A program made the position numbers and the translations under genes. Below the pieces are notes generated by a model, which was not told the DNA's origin, did no database searches, and saw nothing but the letters and a program-made list of their open reading frames with translations. DNA of 64,000 bases from Camelus ferus (taxonomy: Eukaryota): the NCBI RefSeq assembly GCF_009834535.1, contig NC_045697.1:54748001-54812000 (forward strand), written 5' to 3'. Positions 1 through 12,965 of the stretch are shown here, one piece after another (the stretch's first letter is position 1; each line of letters starts with the position of its first letter).

Positions 1-639
1 AAGAACAAAGGTTTTTTTAGAAGAAAAATAAAATATATATACTTTCCAGATGTGGAAAATAAATTTGCATACAAAAACTCAAAAAAGTTAGGAATAATAT
101 TTTTGAGGTAAATGTTAGTGTATTTTCAACTAGAGCCCAAATTCATTAGATTTAAAATATTTTTACTTCCCCCCATACTTCTAATTCTAAGTTTGATATT
201 TCAGAGTTTCCTGGAGAGTAGTATTCTCTCAGTCTTCTGAAAGGAAAATAAATTTAAAAGTCATTTGTCAAAATACAAATCTTAAATTTTCTACATATTC
301 CATTACAGACTTTTCAGTAAATTAAAATTGAATATTAAAGTTACAGACTTTTAATGAATATTGGGACATGCTCCAAGCTAAAAATTCAGAAAGAACAAGC
401 TTTTTTTAAGATAACAATTTAATCCAGATATAACATTGTTGTTGCTTATAGAATCTCACTATATGGTTTAGAACAAAACTGGTTTCCTCTGCTTACTCTG
501 AAAATCAGCATGTCCACTGACCGAGTCAAATAAATAGTCTCAGAAATTATTTTGTAAAATTTCTCTATTTCTGAGGGTAAAATTATCGCCTATATTGATG
601 CCCTCTGACCATCCAGAACAAACCTGTAGTTGGATGACT

Positions 640-1110
640 TGGATTTACGCTCACTGTAATAAGATTGAGGGAGACCAAATACCTGGCCATGGAAAACCAC
701 GGGGCCTCCCAGTAAGAGTGCTAGAAAGGGCTTTGAAAATAGAATTTTGGTATTGTTTAGGTGATTTGGGGGAAGATATAAGGAATCTTAAATCTTTGTT
801 CTGAAGCTTTGTTCTGAATTGGATGCTGTCGGGAAGTGAGGATAATTCTATGATTAGGTATATTAATAAATCTTATCTAGAAGGAGGGAAGACTAGAGTG
901 AGGCTTAAGCTATAGCAACATTTGCTCAGCACAGGGAGATGTTTGGTCATTTCTCTGATTTGGACAATGTTTACATTTTTCTCTGCGCTCAGATGTGATT
1001 ATACAGTAGACTTGTTTCTGCTTGATATCATGGTCAGAGAATGCTTTGTCTGATGTTGTTTTCAGTGAAAAAGTGTTCATAATAATTTCCAGGTGTCAGG
1101 AACTGCTTTT
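640..1110. mobile_element. Old ERVL-class solo LTR fragment (MER76/MER77-like)
   Basis: Motifs 'ttaataaatcttatctagaaggagggaagactagagtgaggct' and 'catggtcagagaatgctttgtctgatgttg' resemble recalled consensus; subfamily uncertain. Confidence 0.45.
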
Positions 1111-1179
1111 TTCTTTTGTGCTCCAAGTAATGCAGAACTTTCCCTTTTTTGTCCAACTTGTATGCAATAAAATATACCT

Positions 1180-1489
1180 CTATTAGTCAAGATAACAAGT
1201 TCCAGCTGCTGTAGCAAAATCTTAGTTGCCTAACACAGTCATAGTTTCTTATGCATACACAACACAATACCAGTATTTCTAATTGGGCCAGTCTTCAGGC
1301 TTTATCCATCTTGTCTACCAAGTATGGCTGTCCTACAAATGTGGCTTCCAAATTTGCCACAAGAGGGGAAGAGAAAGTGGAGAAAGCACACCAGGTAATT
1401 AAATACCTTGTTGCATAAGTGACACATGTCACTTTTCTTATGTTCCATTGGCTAGGTTAGTCATATGACCCCATATAGATTTGAGGAGG
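1180..1489 (-). mobile_element. MaLR LTR (MLT1J/K-like), interrupted by the MLT2 that follows
   Basis: Starts 'tattagtcaagata..gctgctgtagcaaa'; contains 'gtgacacatgtcactttt...ttccattggctagg..agtcatatgacccc'. Confidence 0.65.
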
Positions 1490-1904
1490 TATACTGGATA
1501 AAGTTGTGCAAAGAAACAGAACCAACCAGATGCATGTGTGTGTGTGTGCGTTATTGTAAGGAATTGGCTCACATGATTATGGAGACTGGCAACTCCAAAT
1601 CTGCAGGATAGGCCAACAGGATGGACACCCAGGGATCAGCTGATGTTGCAGTTGAAGTCTGAAGGCCATTGGCTGGTAGAATTCTGTCCTTCTCGAGGGA
1701 GGTTAATCTGTTCTATTTAGGACTTCAGTTGATTAGATGGGGTCCACACATCCTATAATGGGCAATCTTCTTTACTCAGTGTTCACTAATATAAATGTTA
1801 ATCTCATCCAAAAAACACCTTCACAGAAACATCTATAATGATGTTTGATGAAATACCTGGACACCATGGCCCAGCCAAGTTGAAACATAAAATTAATCAT
1901 CACA
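1490..1904 (-). mobile_element. ERVL solo LTR, MLT2 family (MLT2B/C/D-like)
   Basis: 'agaaacagaaccaa', internal (TG)n, 'aaggaattggctcacatgattatggag', terminal 'ggcccagccaagttgaaacataaaattaatcatcaca'. Confidence 0.9.
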
Positions 1905-2039
1905 GGGAACTATGTGATTTCTACCTGGACTATTTCCAAAACCACCTGGCTTTGGCAATTTGGACTATGAATCAGTAAAAAATGCACATTATATAAACAC
2001 ATATCCATTTAGATACATTTTAATTCAATGCAAATAACT

Positions 2040-2190
2040 TACATTTATCTAGGACTTACAGTTTACTTTCAATGTGATAAGTAGGACAGGGATTGTTATT
2101 TCCATTTTACAGATTCAAAAAAATGAAACTACAATAGGTGACTTATGCAAGGCTACATAAGGAAGTGAAAGAACAATCTTCACACCTTTT
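2040..2190 (-). mobile_element. MIR SINE fragment
   Basis: Core-like 'gttatttccattttacagat...gaaactac..aggtgacttatgcaaggctaca'. Confidence 0.6.
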
Positions 2191-3627
2191 ATCCACCACA
2201 GACACAAACATAATAAATTAGTGAAAAACCATTCTTGAAATTGCTATGTAGAGGGAAAGGTTTGGGTTTCCGTCATCTGCTAATAGGGAAACATGTATTT
2301 AGCTTTGTATATTTTTTAAAAAATTAAAATAAAAATAACTGGTGTAATTTTAGTTCTTATCATAAGTCTGATTGCAATATCATAGAGTATTCAGGCTTTC
2401 TGTAGTGTGTCTTTATGAAGAATGATTAGTCCAAAAGGTGACTAGGTGGCATGATGTTGCGAATTAATTATATTTTGGACTTTTAATAATAATTGAGCTC
2501 ACTAGCGTGAGACTCAGAAGAGGTACACAGCGGTGAGCAAACCCAGTGGACCTGCCAGGCTTTCTAAAGTCAGCACTAGACAATTGCCCACTTCTGAGCT
2601 TAAGAGCCTGCAGCAGCACCACACTGGTGATTTCCATGTTGCTTCTAAGAGGCTGCCAAGGCATCATGCAGCCAGCTGAAACGTGTCTCAGGAAAATCAC
2701 AATATTCATAGTGGTTTCAAACATACACATTATATAAGTTGAATAGTAACAACACAGTCTGAATTCACGGTGATAACTGTTTTTAATTCCCTTAAAGATG
2801 GCATATCCCTGGCACACAGGAGGTAATGCTAGTGAATCAGAAACTTGCCAGCAGGAGAGGATTTGTTTCAAAATGACCCTCTAGGACACTTTGGGGAAGG
2901 CATATTTAATAATGATGACAGAAATTTAGAACAACCTCTTCTCATTGTACCAATCTTCTCCCTTGTATCTACCTTTTACTAGCAAGGCCGAAGAGTAGGC
3001 AATTGACCAAAGATTTCTGTGACTTTAGTAGGAAACAGATGCTGAACTATTAACCCTACCCTTTCTGGCATCTGAACTGACATTCAGTTTATGGGAGGGA
3101 ATGAGGCAGAGAAACCAGGGGGGTGACTAGAGGAGTGAAGCAAGTGTCAGCAGCTCAGAGCTGTGGAGGACACCATGCCTGTTGGGTGATTGCATGTGTG
3201 TGAACTGTAATACATCAGAAAGTCCCTAAATCGTTCTCTCTTTCCCCAGACTTTCTATTAATTCATGTTTGTTCTGTATTTATATCTGTTGTTAGGAATG
3301 ACACAGAAAGAAAGGCGACTGTGGGTAGAGTCAGTTACTCGGGATTAAAAAAAAAGCTTAGCATTATTTTCTTGGTTGTCAAGTTTCACTGATTCAGAAC
3401 AACTGGTGATTTCTCTTTATATAGCTTTAATTATATTTGCTGTCAGGGACGTAAGCCATAGGAAAGGACAGGACAGCAACTTTATTTTAAGCTGGCCAGA
3501 CTATCATTAAATCTCCCCAATTCCTATCAGCTTTAGAATTACAGTTCTTCTCTCTAAGAAATACTATATACTTAGTTTTTAGAGTTTGAGTTGTAACCAT
3601 TCTAATTTTAAAATAGAGTGGGGACAG

Positions 3628-3808
3628 GGTGGAAGGTTTAATTTAGCTCAGTGGGTAGAATGTGTGCTCAACATGCATGAGGTCCTCGGTTCAACCCCCA
3701 GTACCTCCACTTAAAAAATAAATAGGTAAATAAACTTAATTACTGCCCCCAAAAATAAAACCCCAGAACAAAAAATAAAGATAAGATAAAATAAAAAATA
3801 AAATAGTT
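3628..3808 (+). mobile_element. tRNA-derived SINE, camelid vic-1-like, with A-rich tail
   Basis: A box 'tagctcagtgggtag', B box 'ggttcaacccc', body 'cagtacctcc...aaacttaattactgccccc'; 18-bp TSD aaaatagagt(g/a)gggacag at 3610-3627 and 3809-3826. Confidence 0.9.
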
Positions 3809-5954
3809 AAAATAGAGTAGGGACAGAACTATAATAATTGGAAAACATTTTAGAAATATACAGAAGGAGGGTTTACTGTTATAATAGAAAATCCACAGAT
3901 TAAAAACTACTGAGCATGTGCAAGAAGTAAAATATGTGTTAAACATTTTATTCACACATAACATGAACTAGACTTTAAGAAACTCTGTAGTAATACTTAT
4001 AAGGTCATCATTTTCCTCTACTTCCCATTATGCTTCAAAATATTTGCTGAGATAATGTCTGATAAAGATATATTCAAAATGCCTAATTTCTTTTTCTGAT
4101 ATAAGATTAAGATGAATGTCCATATTTTCTATTCAACATTTTATTGCTTACTAAACAAAATATTTAACAATGTAATTGTTAGATTTGGATAGTTTTCTAA
4201 AAAAAATTAAACCATTTTTCTTTAAGTTTGATTATGTTAGCTAATTGATCAGATGTAAGCTAAACACTGATTCTGAAAAAATATTCTATGATCCAGTTGG
4301 ATGGATGGATGCCAGTGGGGTTGAAGAAACTGCATTCAAGTTAATTTCATAACACTTTTTCCTATTTGATGACTTCATTGATCTACAGGTGATTCTCATT
4401 CATATTTCCATCACCTAATAGGGGGATCTATCACTCTTTTACCCACCACCCATCTCTCAAGAGGTGCTCCTTGATATGCAGAGGGAATATCATTCAGAAG
4501 GATTCACTATTACATAAAACTTCAAACAAAATCATTGTGGTATTTAGCTTGTAAAACACAAAACTCATTTTATTAATGCAAAGATCATATTCAAAGAGGA
4601 AGAAGAAGCTAGTGTGGGGACTCAGAGGAGAAGGGGATTACAGGGGCAGAGATCCTTCCTGGGGAGTGAGCAGTTTGGGCCACATATTGGGCACCCCAGT
4701 CCTAGGATCTGACATAGGAAGAGCCAAAGCGTACCCTAGCTGAGCTGAGCAAATGCTCCAGCCCTGCTTACTTCAGGGCACAGCTCCACACTGGAGTGAG
4801 GGTTGCCATGACAAAGGAAAGAATTTGGCCATGAGACACAGAGGAGGCTCAGACTGGAAGCAGTGTCTGAGCAGGATGGAGCAGCCATTACTGGTGCTGA
4901 AAGGCAGCATGTCAGATGCAGCCCCAATCTCTGTCTATGACTGGAGCACCATAGTCCATGCCCTGACACTTGCCGAAAGCACACATGGGCCCACTTACCC
5001 TGTGGTGCAGTACCATGTGCGGATGGGGACAGTAGGGGCCAAGGGAAGAGATCTGAGGTGTGCAAGAGATTCAGACTGGAAGCAGCTTCTGATCATGGTA
5101 CAGGCAGCCATGACTAGTGTTTGCACAGGCAGTGCATCAAAGCAGCCCTGAACTCTGTCTGACACTGGTCTGCTGCAGACCATGGACCAATACATGCTGA
5201 GATCCTGCATGTCCCCTCTTGCTCCAGCACTGCTCCTGTCTGAGGCTAAGGTGCTGGTGCTGGAAATGGGGAAAAGGCAAACTTAAACAGAACAGAGCCA
5301 GGTTGGACTTTACCCTTTGGGCTTCTGCTCCAGCAACTTGGGACCGGACCCTACCCACCATAGGGTGGTGATGGCCACTGAGCAAAGGGGTAGCCCCAAC
5401 TCACACTTGGCTCTGGCCTTAGTCCCCTCTTCTCCAGCCTCATATCTTACCAAAAAGACACTGCTGACACACCCTTGCAATCATGTCAAATCCAGGCCAC
5501 CCACCAAAGCCACTGAGCACATGCAGACCGTAGAGGGATATTCCCAAATAAGGACACCCTTTTCCAGAACTTAATAGGTAACTGTCTCACCTAATTTAAT
5601 AGGGACAGAGAAAATTAAGCAAAATGAGAAGAATTGACCTCAATTGAAAGAGCAAGAGAAACCCCCTGAAAAAATAAATAATAGAACAGAAATAAACAAT
5701 TTACCAGAAAATCTAAACTAAAACTAAAAGAGTTCATCAATAAGATCTACCTTAAAAGAAATATTAAAGAGAAGGGTATTCTCTAAGTAGAAAGGAAAAG
5801 GCTATACAAAGAAGTAGAATCTATAGGAAAGAAAAAGCATACTAGTAAAGACAAAAATATAGGAAAGACTGAGGATCAACCACTTCTAAGCTAGCACAAT
5901 GATTAAAATACAAAAAATTGTAAAACCAATTACAACTACAATAAATAGCAAAGT

Positions 5955-6242
5955 CAAAACAAAAAATAGACTCATAGACATAGAAGACAAACTTATGGTA
6001 CCAAAGGGGAAGGCAGGAAGGGATAAATTAGGAATTTGGGGTTAACAGATACACTGCTACTATATATAAAATAGATAAACAACAAGGATTTACTGTATAG
6101 CACAGGGTATTATATACAATATCTTGTAATAACCTATAATGGAAAAGATATTAAAAAGAATATATGTATATATATAAAATATAAAACTGAATCACTTTAC
6201 CACACACCTGAAACATTATAAATCAACTACACTTCAAAAAAA
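5955..6242 (+). mobile_element. 5'-truncated younger artiodactyl-type L1 3' end nested in the inter-ORF region of the large L1
   Basis: 'gactcatagacatagaagacaaacttatggtaccaaagggg...actgtatagcacaggg...aaatcaactacacttcaaaaaaa'; same family as 33918-34198 and 37300-37673. Confidence 0.88.
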
Positions 6243-6556
6243 CAATGAAGGGATAACATGAAGACATAAAACAGGACATCAAAAACACAAGCTGTGGCAG
6301 AGGGGAATCAAAAATGGAGATCTTTTATAATGTGTTTGAACTTAAATGGCTACCAATTTAAAACAATAGATATAGTCATAGATATAGTTATATATGAACC
6401 CATGGTAACCATAAATCAAAAATATACAATAGATACACAAAATCTAGACAGAAAGGAAAACAAACATACCACTAAAGAAAATCATCAAACAACAAGGGAA
6501 GAAACAAAAAGAAGAATAGAGAACAACTATAAAAACACCTGGAAAATAAGTAATAA

Positions 6557-9500
6557 ATGTCAATAAATACATACCTATCAATATTACTTTAAATGTTAAT
6601 GGACTAAATGCTCCAATCAAAAGACATAGGGTGGCTGTTTAGATAAAAAACAAGACCCATCTATATGCTGCTTATAAGAGACTCACTTCAGAGCTAAAGA
6701 CATATACAGATTGAAAGTGACGATATAGAAAAAGATACTTCATACAAATGGAAATGACAAGAAAGTAGGGGAAGCAATATTCAAAGCAGACAAAATGGAC
6801 TTTAAAAAAGGCTATAACAAAGGATAAAAAAGGGCATTATATAATGAATAATAAAGAGATTAATACAAGAAGTGAATATTATACTCACTAACATATATGC
6901 ATCCGATACAGAAGCACCTAAATATATAAAGCAAATATTAACAGACATGAAGGGGAAAATTGATAATAATGCAATAACAGTAGGAGTCTTTAACACCTCA
7001 CTTACATCAATGGACAGTTCATCCAGACAGAAAATAAATAAGGCAATAGTGGTCAGAAATGTCACAATAGAACAGTTGAACTTAAATGATAGCTAGAGGA
7101 CATTACATCCAAGAACAGCAGAATACACATTATTTTCAAGTGTACATGGAATGTTCTCCAGGAGAGAGCATATGCTAGGCCACAACACAAGCCTCAACAA
7201 ATTAAGAGGACATAAATTACATCAATAATTTTTTTTCCAGATCACAACAATGTGAAACTAGAAACCAATTACAAGAAGAAAAATGGGAAAAGCACAACAC
7301 ATGGAGACCAAACATGTCCTCTTAAAAAACCAACAGATCAATGAGTAAATCAAGGAGGAAATAAAAAAAAATACCTCGACAAATGAAAATGAAAATACAA
7401 TTTTCCAAAATCTATGCGATGGAGCAAAAGCAGTTCTAAGAGGAAGGTTTGTAGTAAAACAGCCCACCTCAAGAAACAAGAAAAATCTCAAATAAACAAC
7501 CTAAACTTCCATCCAAAGGAATTAGAAAAAGGAGAACAAACAAAGCCCAAAGTCAACAGCAGGAAGAAAATAATAAAGATTAGAGAGAAAATAAGTAAAA
7601 TAGAGACCAAGATAACAGTAGAGAAAATCAATGAAACCAAGAGCTGGTGTTTTGAAAAGATAAACAAAATTGATAAATCTTTAGTTAGATTCATCAAGAA
7701 GAAAAGAAAGAGGACCCAAAAAAGCAAAATAGGAACTGAAAGAGAAGAAATAACAACTGATGTCACAGAGATTCAAAAAAATCATTAAGAGAATACAATG
7801 AACAGTTATATATCAACAAATTGGACGATGGAAAGACACAACCTGCCATGACTGAATCAGAAAGAAATAGATGAAACATATCAATCGCTAGTAGTGTAAT
7901 TGAATTTGTAATTTAAAAAAAACCTCCCAGCAAACAAAAGTCTAGGGCTGGATGGTTTCACAGGGGAATTCTACCAAACTCATAAAGAAGAACTAATACC
8001 TATCCTTCTCAAACTATTTGAAATATAAGAAAACAGAGCACTCCCATATTCATTCTACTAGGCACCATTGCCTTGGTACCCAAACCAGACGAAGATACTA
8101 TAAAATAGAAAATTACAGGCTAATATTTCTGATGAATATAGATTAAAAATCCTCACCAAAATATTAGCAAACCAAATCCAAATTATAGAAAAAGGATTAT
8201 ACACTGTGACCAAGTACAGTTTATTCCAGGGATGCAAGGAAGACTCAGTATTTGCAAATAAATCAATGTGATGCACCACATTAAAAAAAGGAAGGGTAAA
8301 AATCACATGATCATCTCAATAGATGCAGAAAAAGCATCTGACAAAATTCAACATCCATTCATGATAAAAACTCTCATCTAGGTGATTATAGAGGGAATAT
8401 ACCTCAACACGATAAAGTCCATTTATGACAAACTCACAGCTAACATACTCAATGGTGAAAAGCTAAATGCCTTTCCTCTAAAATCAGAAACAAGACAGGA
8501 TGTCCTACTTTCACCATTTCTATTTAAAATAGTATTGGAAGTCCTAGCTACAGCAAGCAGATAAGAAAAAGAAATAAAAATTCAAATTGGAAGAGAAAAG
8601 GTAAAACTGTCACTATTTGCAGATGACATGATACTATATATAGAAAACCCTAAAGTCTCCATGAAAAAATTATTAGAACTAATAAATGAATTCAGTAAAA
8701 TTGCAGGATACAAGATTAATATACAGAAATCTGTTGCTTTTCTATAATGAACTGTTAGAAAGAGAAAGCAAGAAAATGATCCTGCCTACAATTGCATAAA
8801 AAGAATAAAATACCTAAGAATAAACTTAACCAGGGAGGTGAAAGACCTATATTCTAAAAACTATAAAAGGCTGATGAAGTAAAGTAAAGATAATATAAAG
8901 AAATGTAAAAGAATCCTGTATTCTTGTCTTGGAAGAATTAATATTGTTAAAATGTCTATACTACCCAGGAAATCTACAGATTGAATGCAATCCCTATCAA
9001 AATACCAGGGTAATTTTTACAGAAGTAAGCCAAATAATTAAAAAAATTGTATGGAAACACAAAAGACACCGAATTGCCAAAAAATTATTGAGAAGAAAGA
9101 ACAAAGCTAGAAGTATCATGTTCCCTGACTTCAGAATACACTACAAAAATACAGCATTCAAAACACAATGGTACTGGTGCCAAAATAGACACATAGATCA
9201 ATAGAAAGAATAGAGATCCCAGAAATGAACTCATAAACTATGGTCAATTAATCTTCAACAAAGGAGGCAAGACTATACAATGGAGAAAAGACAATCTCTT
9301 CAATAAGTGGTGCTGGGAAAACTGGACAGCTACGTGTAACAGAATGAGATTAGAACATTCCCTCACACCACATATAAAAAAATAAACTCAAAATGATTTA
9401 AAAACCTAAATGTAAGACCTGAAGCCATAAAATTCATAGACAAGAACATAGGCACAATCATCTTTGATATAAATTGTGGTAATGTTTTCATGGCTCAGTC

Positions 9501-10343
9501 TCCTTAGGCAAAAGAAATAAAAGCAAAAATAAACAAACGGGACCTAATTAAACTTAAAAGATTTCACACAGCAAAGGAAATTATGGATAAAATGAAAAGA
9601 CAACCAATATATTCTCCTAAATGGGAGAAAATCATTGCAAGTGATATGATTAACATGGGATTATTCTTCAAAATATATAAACAGTTTATTGCAACTAAAT
9701 ATCAAAAAACAAACAACCCAATTAAAAATGGGCAGAAGACCTGACTGGATATTTATTCCAAAGAAGACATACAAAATGGCTAATAGGCACATAAAAGGAT
9801 GCTCAACATCACTAAGCACTGGAGAAATGAAAATCAAAACCACAATGAAATATCACCCCACACCTGTCAGAATCCCTGTCACCAAAATGTCTACAGATAA
9901 CAAATGCTGGCAAGAATATGGAGAAAAGGAAACCCTTGTACACTGTTGGTGGGAATGTAAATTGGTGCAGCCATTATGAATAACAATATAGCAGTTTCTC
10001 AAAAAACTAAATATAGAACTGTCATAAAATCCAGCAGTTTCACTCCTGGCTATATACCCAGTAAAACGTGATAACACTAATTCAAAAGATACATGCACCC
10101 CAATGTTCACAGTAGTGTTACTTACAATGGCCAATATTTGAAAGCAACTTAAGTGTCCATGAATAGATGAATTAAAGAAGATATGGATATTGGAAGTTAT
10201 AGAATATTACTCAGCCATTAAAAAAGAAAGAAATTCTGTCATTTTTAGCAATGTGGGTGGACCTGGAGAGTATTATGCTTAGTGAAATAAGTCAGATGGA
10301 GAAAGACAAATACTGTATTTTATCACTTATATGTGGAATATAA
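6557..10343 (+). pseudogene. L1 ORF2 (endonuclease/reverse transcriptase) remnant with many stops and frameshifts
   Basis: N-terminus MSINTYLSIITLNVNGLNAPIKRHRVA; NIYA motif; RT motif 'ctatttgcagatgacatgata' (LFADDMI) near 8613-8633; C-terminal [11 protein letters not shown] and SLICGI*. Confidence 0.93.
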
Positions 10344-10639
10344 AATTTAAAAAAATGAGTGTATGTAACAAGACAGAAACAGAGAACAAGCTAGTGGTTA
10401 CCAGTGGGGAGTAGAAAGAGGGTAGGGGCAAGAGTGTGGTGTGGGATTAGAAGATAGAAACTAACATGTATAAAATAGATAAGCTGCCAGGATATATTGT
10501 GCCACACTGGGAAATATAGCCATTGTTTTATAATAACTTTAAATGGAGTATAATGTATAAAAATATTGAATCACTCATTATGTTGTACACCTGAAACTAA
10601 TATAATATTGTAAATCAATTATACTTCATTAAAATAAAT

Positions 10640-10975
10640 ATCTATTCTCAGCAACTTTTAGATATGCAATACAGTATTACTAACTATAGTTGCCATGCTT
10701 ACATTATATCCCTAGACTTATTTATAACTGGAAGCATGTGCCTTTTGGCTCCCTTTACCATACTTTTCACCTACCCTCCATCCCCTACATCTGGCAACCA
10801 CCAATCTATTCTCTATATTTATGAGCTTGTTTGTTTATTCATTTCTTAGGTTCCACATATAAGTGAGTTCATATGATTTTTGTTCTTCTTTGTCTGATTT
10901 ATTTTAGTATAATGCCTTCAAGTGTTGCAAATGAAGGGATTTCCTTCTTTTTTATGGCTGAATTACATTCCACTG
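10640..10975 (-). mobile_element. L1 3'UTR fragment (L1MA9-like)
   Basis: 'tctattctcagcaactttt...ctggcaaccaccaatct...ttccacatataagtgag...tttttatggctgaat'. Confidence 0.85.
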
Positions 10976-12802
10976 TCAATATCATTACTTTTATAAGCCA
11001 CATAGGTGTACGTTGTATGGTAAACTAATTATCCTGCATGACATTAAAAGTATATTATTAGAACTTTTACAATAAAAAGATTATTTAAGCTCTAAAAGGC
11101 CACCATGCTTTCTTATAATACCTCTGTTGGTGACATAGTTGGGGTAGACTCCTGGGTAGATGGTCTAAAGTATTGACTCGGATGATGTGGTCTCTGTGTT
11201 TCTCTTTTACTAGCTCTATCTTCTCCTCTCTGGGACTTGTACATAATCAGGTAGGTAGGTTTCAAACAGGATCCTGTTAGCATTTTATTATTCTTTCTCT
11301 GGAAGATTCAAACTAAGAGACAACAGCTTCCTGTTTATCTCAATATTTCCAATATGATACTGAACTTGGCCTAAGATGGAAACAAATTTAGAGGTATTGT
11401 AAGTGTCCTTTCACCTGTATTCTTAGATAGATTTTATACTCAAAGAGCTAAAATAGAAATTAAAATAGAAATGTGATAGGTCTTTGATGTTTAATTGCAG
11501 AATGAAGTTGAGTTCTGAATCCCAGAACTGGTTAATTTTCCTTCCTGTCCTCCAAATTTATTTTTCATCAGAAGAAAGGTGACACATTGTATGGCTGGCA
11601 CTATGTGTTCTCTTCTGGGCTTTCCCCCAGATAATGAAGAACAGCAAATAGCTCATCTGATCTTACTTTGTGATAAAGATGATACACACTGCCTTGTAGT
11701 CTAAACATTGATGTGAAGAGCTGTAATCACATCTGACTGGTAGGCAGACCAGTTGTCCTTGTCTTCAATCTCTCCTGTTTTATTGCTGTGAAGTGCTGTC
11801 ACAGTGACTGATAGAAGGATTGAAGCTATAAATTCAGGCGAATGATTCAGTTATACAAGCAGAAATGGTATCTTTCTTGTAAAGCAATCCTGTGTAAGTG
11901 GAGTGGAAAACCACACACATGTGAGTGGTTTCAGGATGCGAAGGAAGATAGCCTCAGTATATTCCAAAATCTCTTTCTTATTCTCTTGAGGATTCCCAGA
12001 ATTACACAGATGAAGCTGCAATCTTTAACTCGAGTTTAAGTAAGGATACAGACAACTTGAATGGGTACCATGTTAAGATCAAATGTCCATGAAGTGGGTT
12101 TTGAGATAATGGAGAAGAATACAAACCCATTAGACACTTGCAGTTGGGAAAATGAAATCATTATCAGAGCAGGGGGGAAAGGGCACTGAAGAAGAACAAA
12201 TTCCTACATCACAATTTTGTCTTGAATTGACTCTATAATTTTTGTCCAAGGAGCCAGTTTCTCTATGAGTCTAGCTGTCTATATGCTCTGTGGTTTTATG
12301 TTGTTGCTCTCTTTAAATTGTGTAACAATGTAATCAACAGAAAAAAAATTAGAAAATGTACTTACATTTTCAACTTATTCTATTACCATCAATTTATTTG
12401 TTTCTGTCATGTTTTCTATTAAGGAATCGTCCTACTAAATACAGTAAAGTAGTATACCTTGCCAACCTTTGACAAAATTGCTACCTGGCTAGTTCTGACT
12501 GTCTTTGCAAAGTTTTTGAACATTGTCATAACAGAATAAAAACATAGGATCACAGAACCACATGTATTATAGAAGGTAAATTAAACTCATTATACTTTCT
12601 CTCCATACTTGTTCCACTACAGAGGCAACTTTATCTGATGAAGCCAATTGGTTGGGAGATATGTTTTATTTCTTGGTGTAAAATGTTCATTTCTACATTT
12701 AAACTATTTCACCTAATTTGAAAAATGGAAATAATATCTGCTCCTCCTCAACTCAGAGGAATATTATAATCACCAAGTAAATTTTTAAAAGCTTGTGCAA
12801 AG

Positions 12803-12944
12803 AAGGAGGAGGATACAGCTCTGTGGTAGGGTGCATGCTTAGCATGCACAAGGTCCTGGGCTCAATCCCCAGTACCTCCGTTAAATAAATTAAAAAAGAA
12901 AAACCTAATTACCTCCCCTCTCCCCCTCCCTCCCAAAAAGCTAT
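12803..12944 (+). mobile_element. tRNA-derived SINE, vic-1-like
   Basis: 'gatacagctctgtggtagggtgcatgcttagcatgcacaaggtcctgggctcaatccccagtacctcc...aaacctaattacctcccc'; degenerate TSD aaaagcttgtgcaaa / aaaaacttaatgcaaa. Confidence 0.9.
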
Positions 12945-12965
12945 AAAAACTTAATGCAAATAGTA

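Larger units (their letters stand above)
4610..10638 (+). mobile_element. Near full-length decayed LINE-1 (5'UTR, internally deleted ORF1, long inter-ORF region, disrupted ORF2, 3'UTR)
   Basis: GC-richer 5'UTR 4610-5620; ORF1 start near 5624; ORF2 from 6557; 3'UTR ending 'aaatcaattatacttcattaaaataaa'. Confidence 0.93.

Noticed and set aside
3628..3710. tRNA gene (also at 12803 and 14360-14433)
   Set aside because: A and B boxes are present but are followed by SINE body, A-rich tail and TSDs; these are SINE heads, not tRNAs.
4736..5574. Cluster of overlapping ORFs in GC-rich DNA, or a host CpG-island promoter
   Set aside because: It lies in the L1 5'UTR, CpGs are almost all decayed, and the ORFs follow from composition.
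6802..10134. ORF-track proteins of 60-124 aa as host genes
   Set aside because: They are fragments of disrupted L1 ORF2 or its antisense; there is no intact ORF2, so the element is not autonomous.
11631..11739. Plus-strand exon after 'gctttcccccAG'
   Set aside because: The best frame hits TAA before the weak donor and I found no partner exons.
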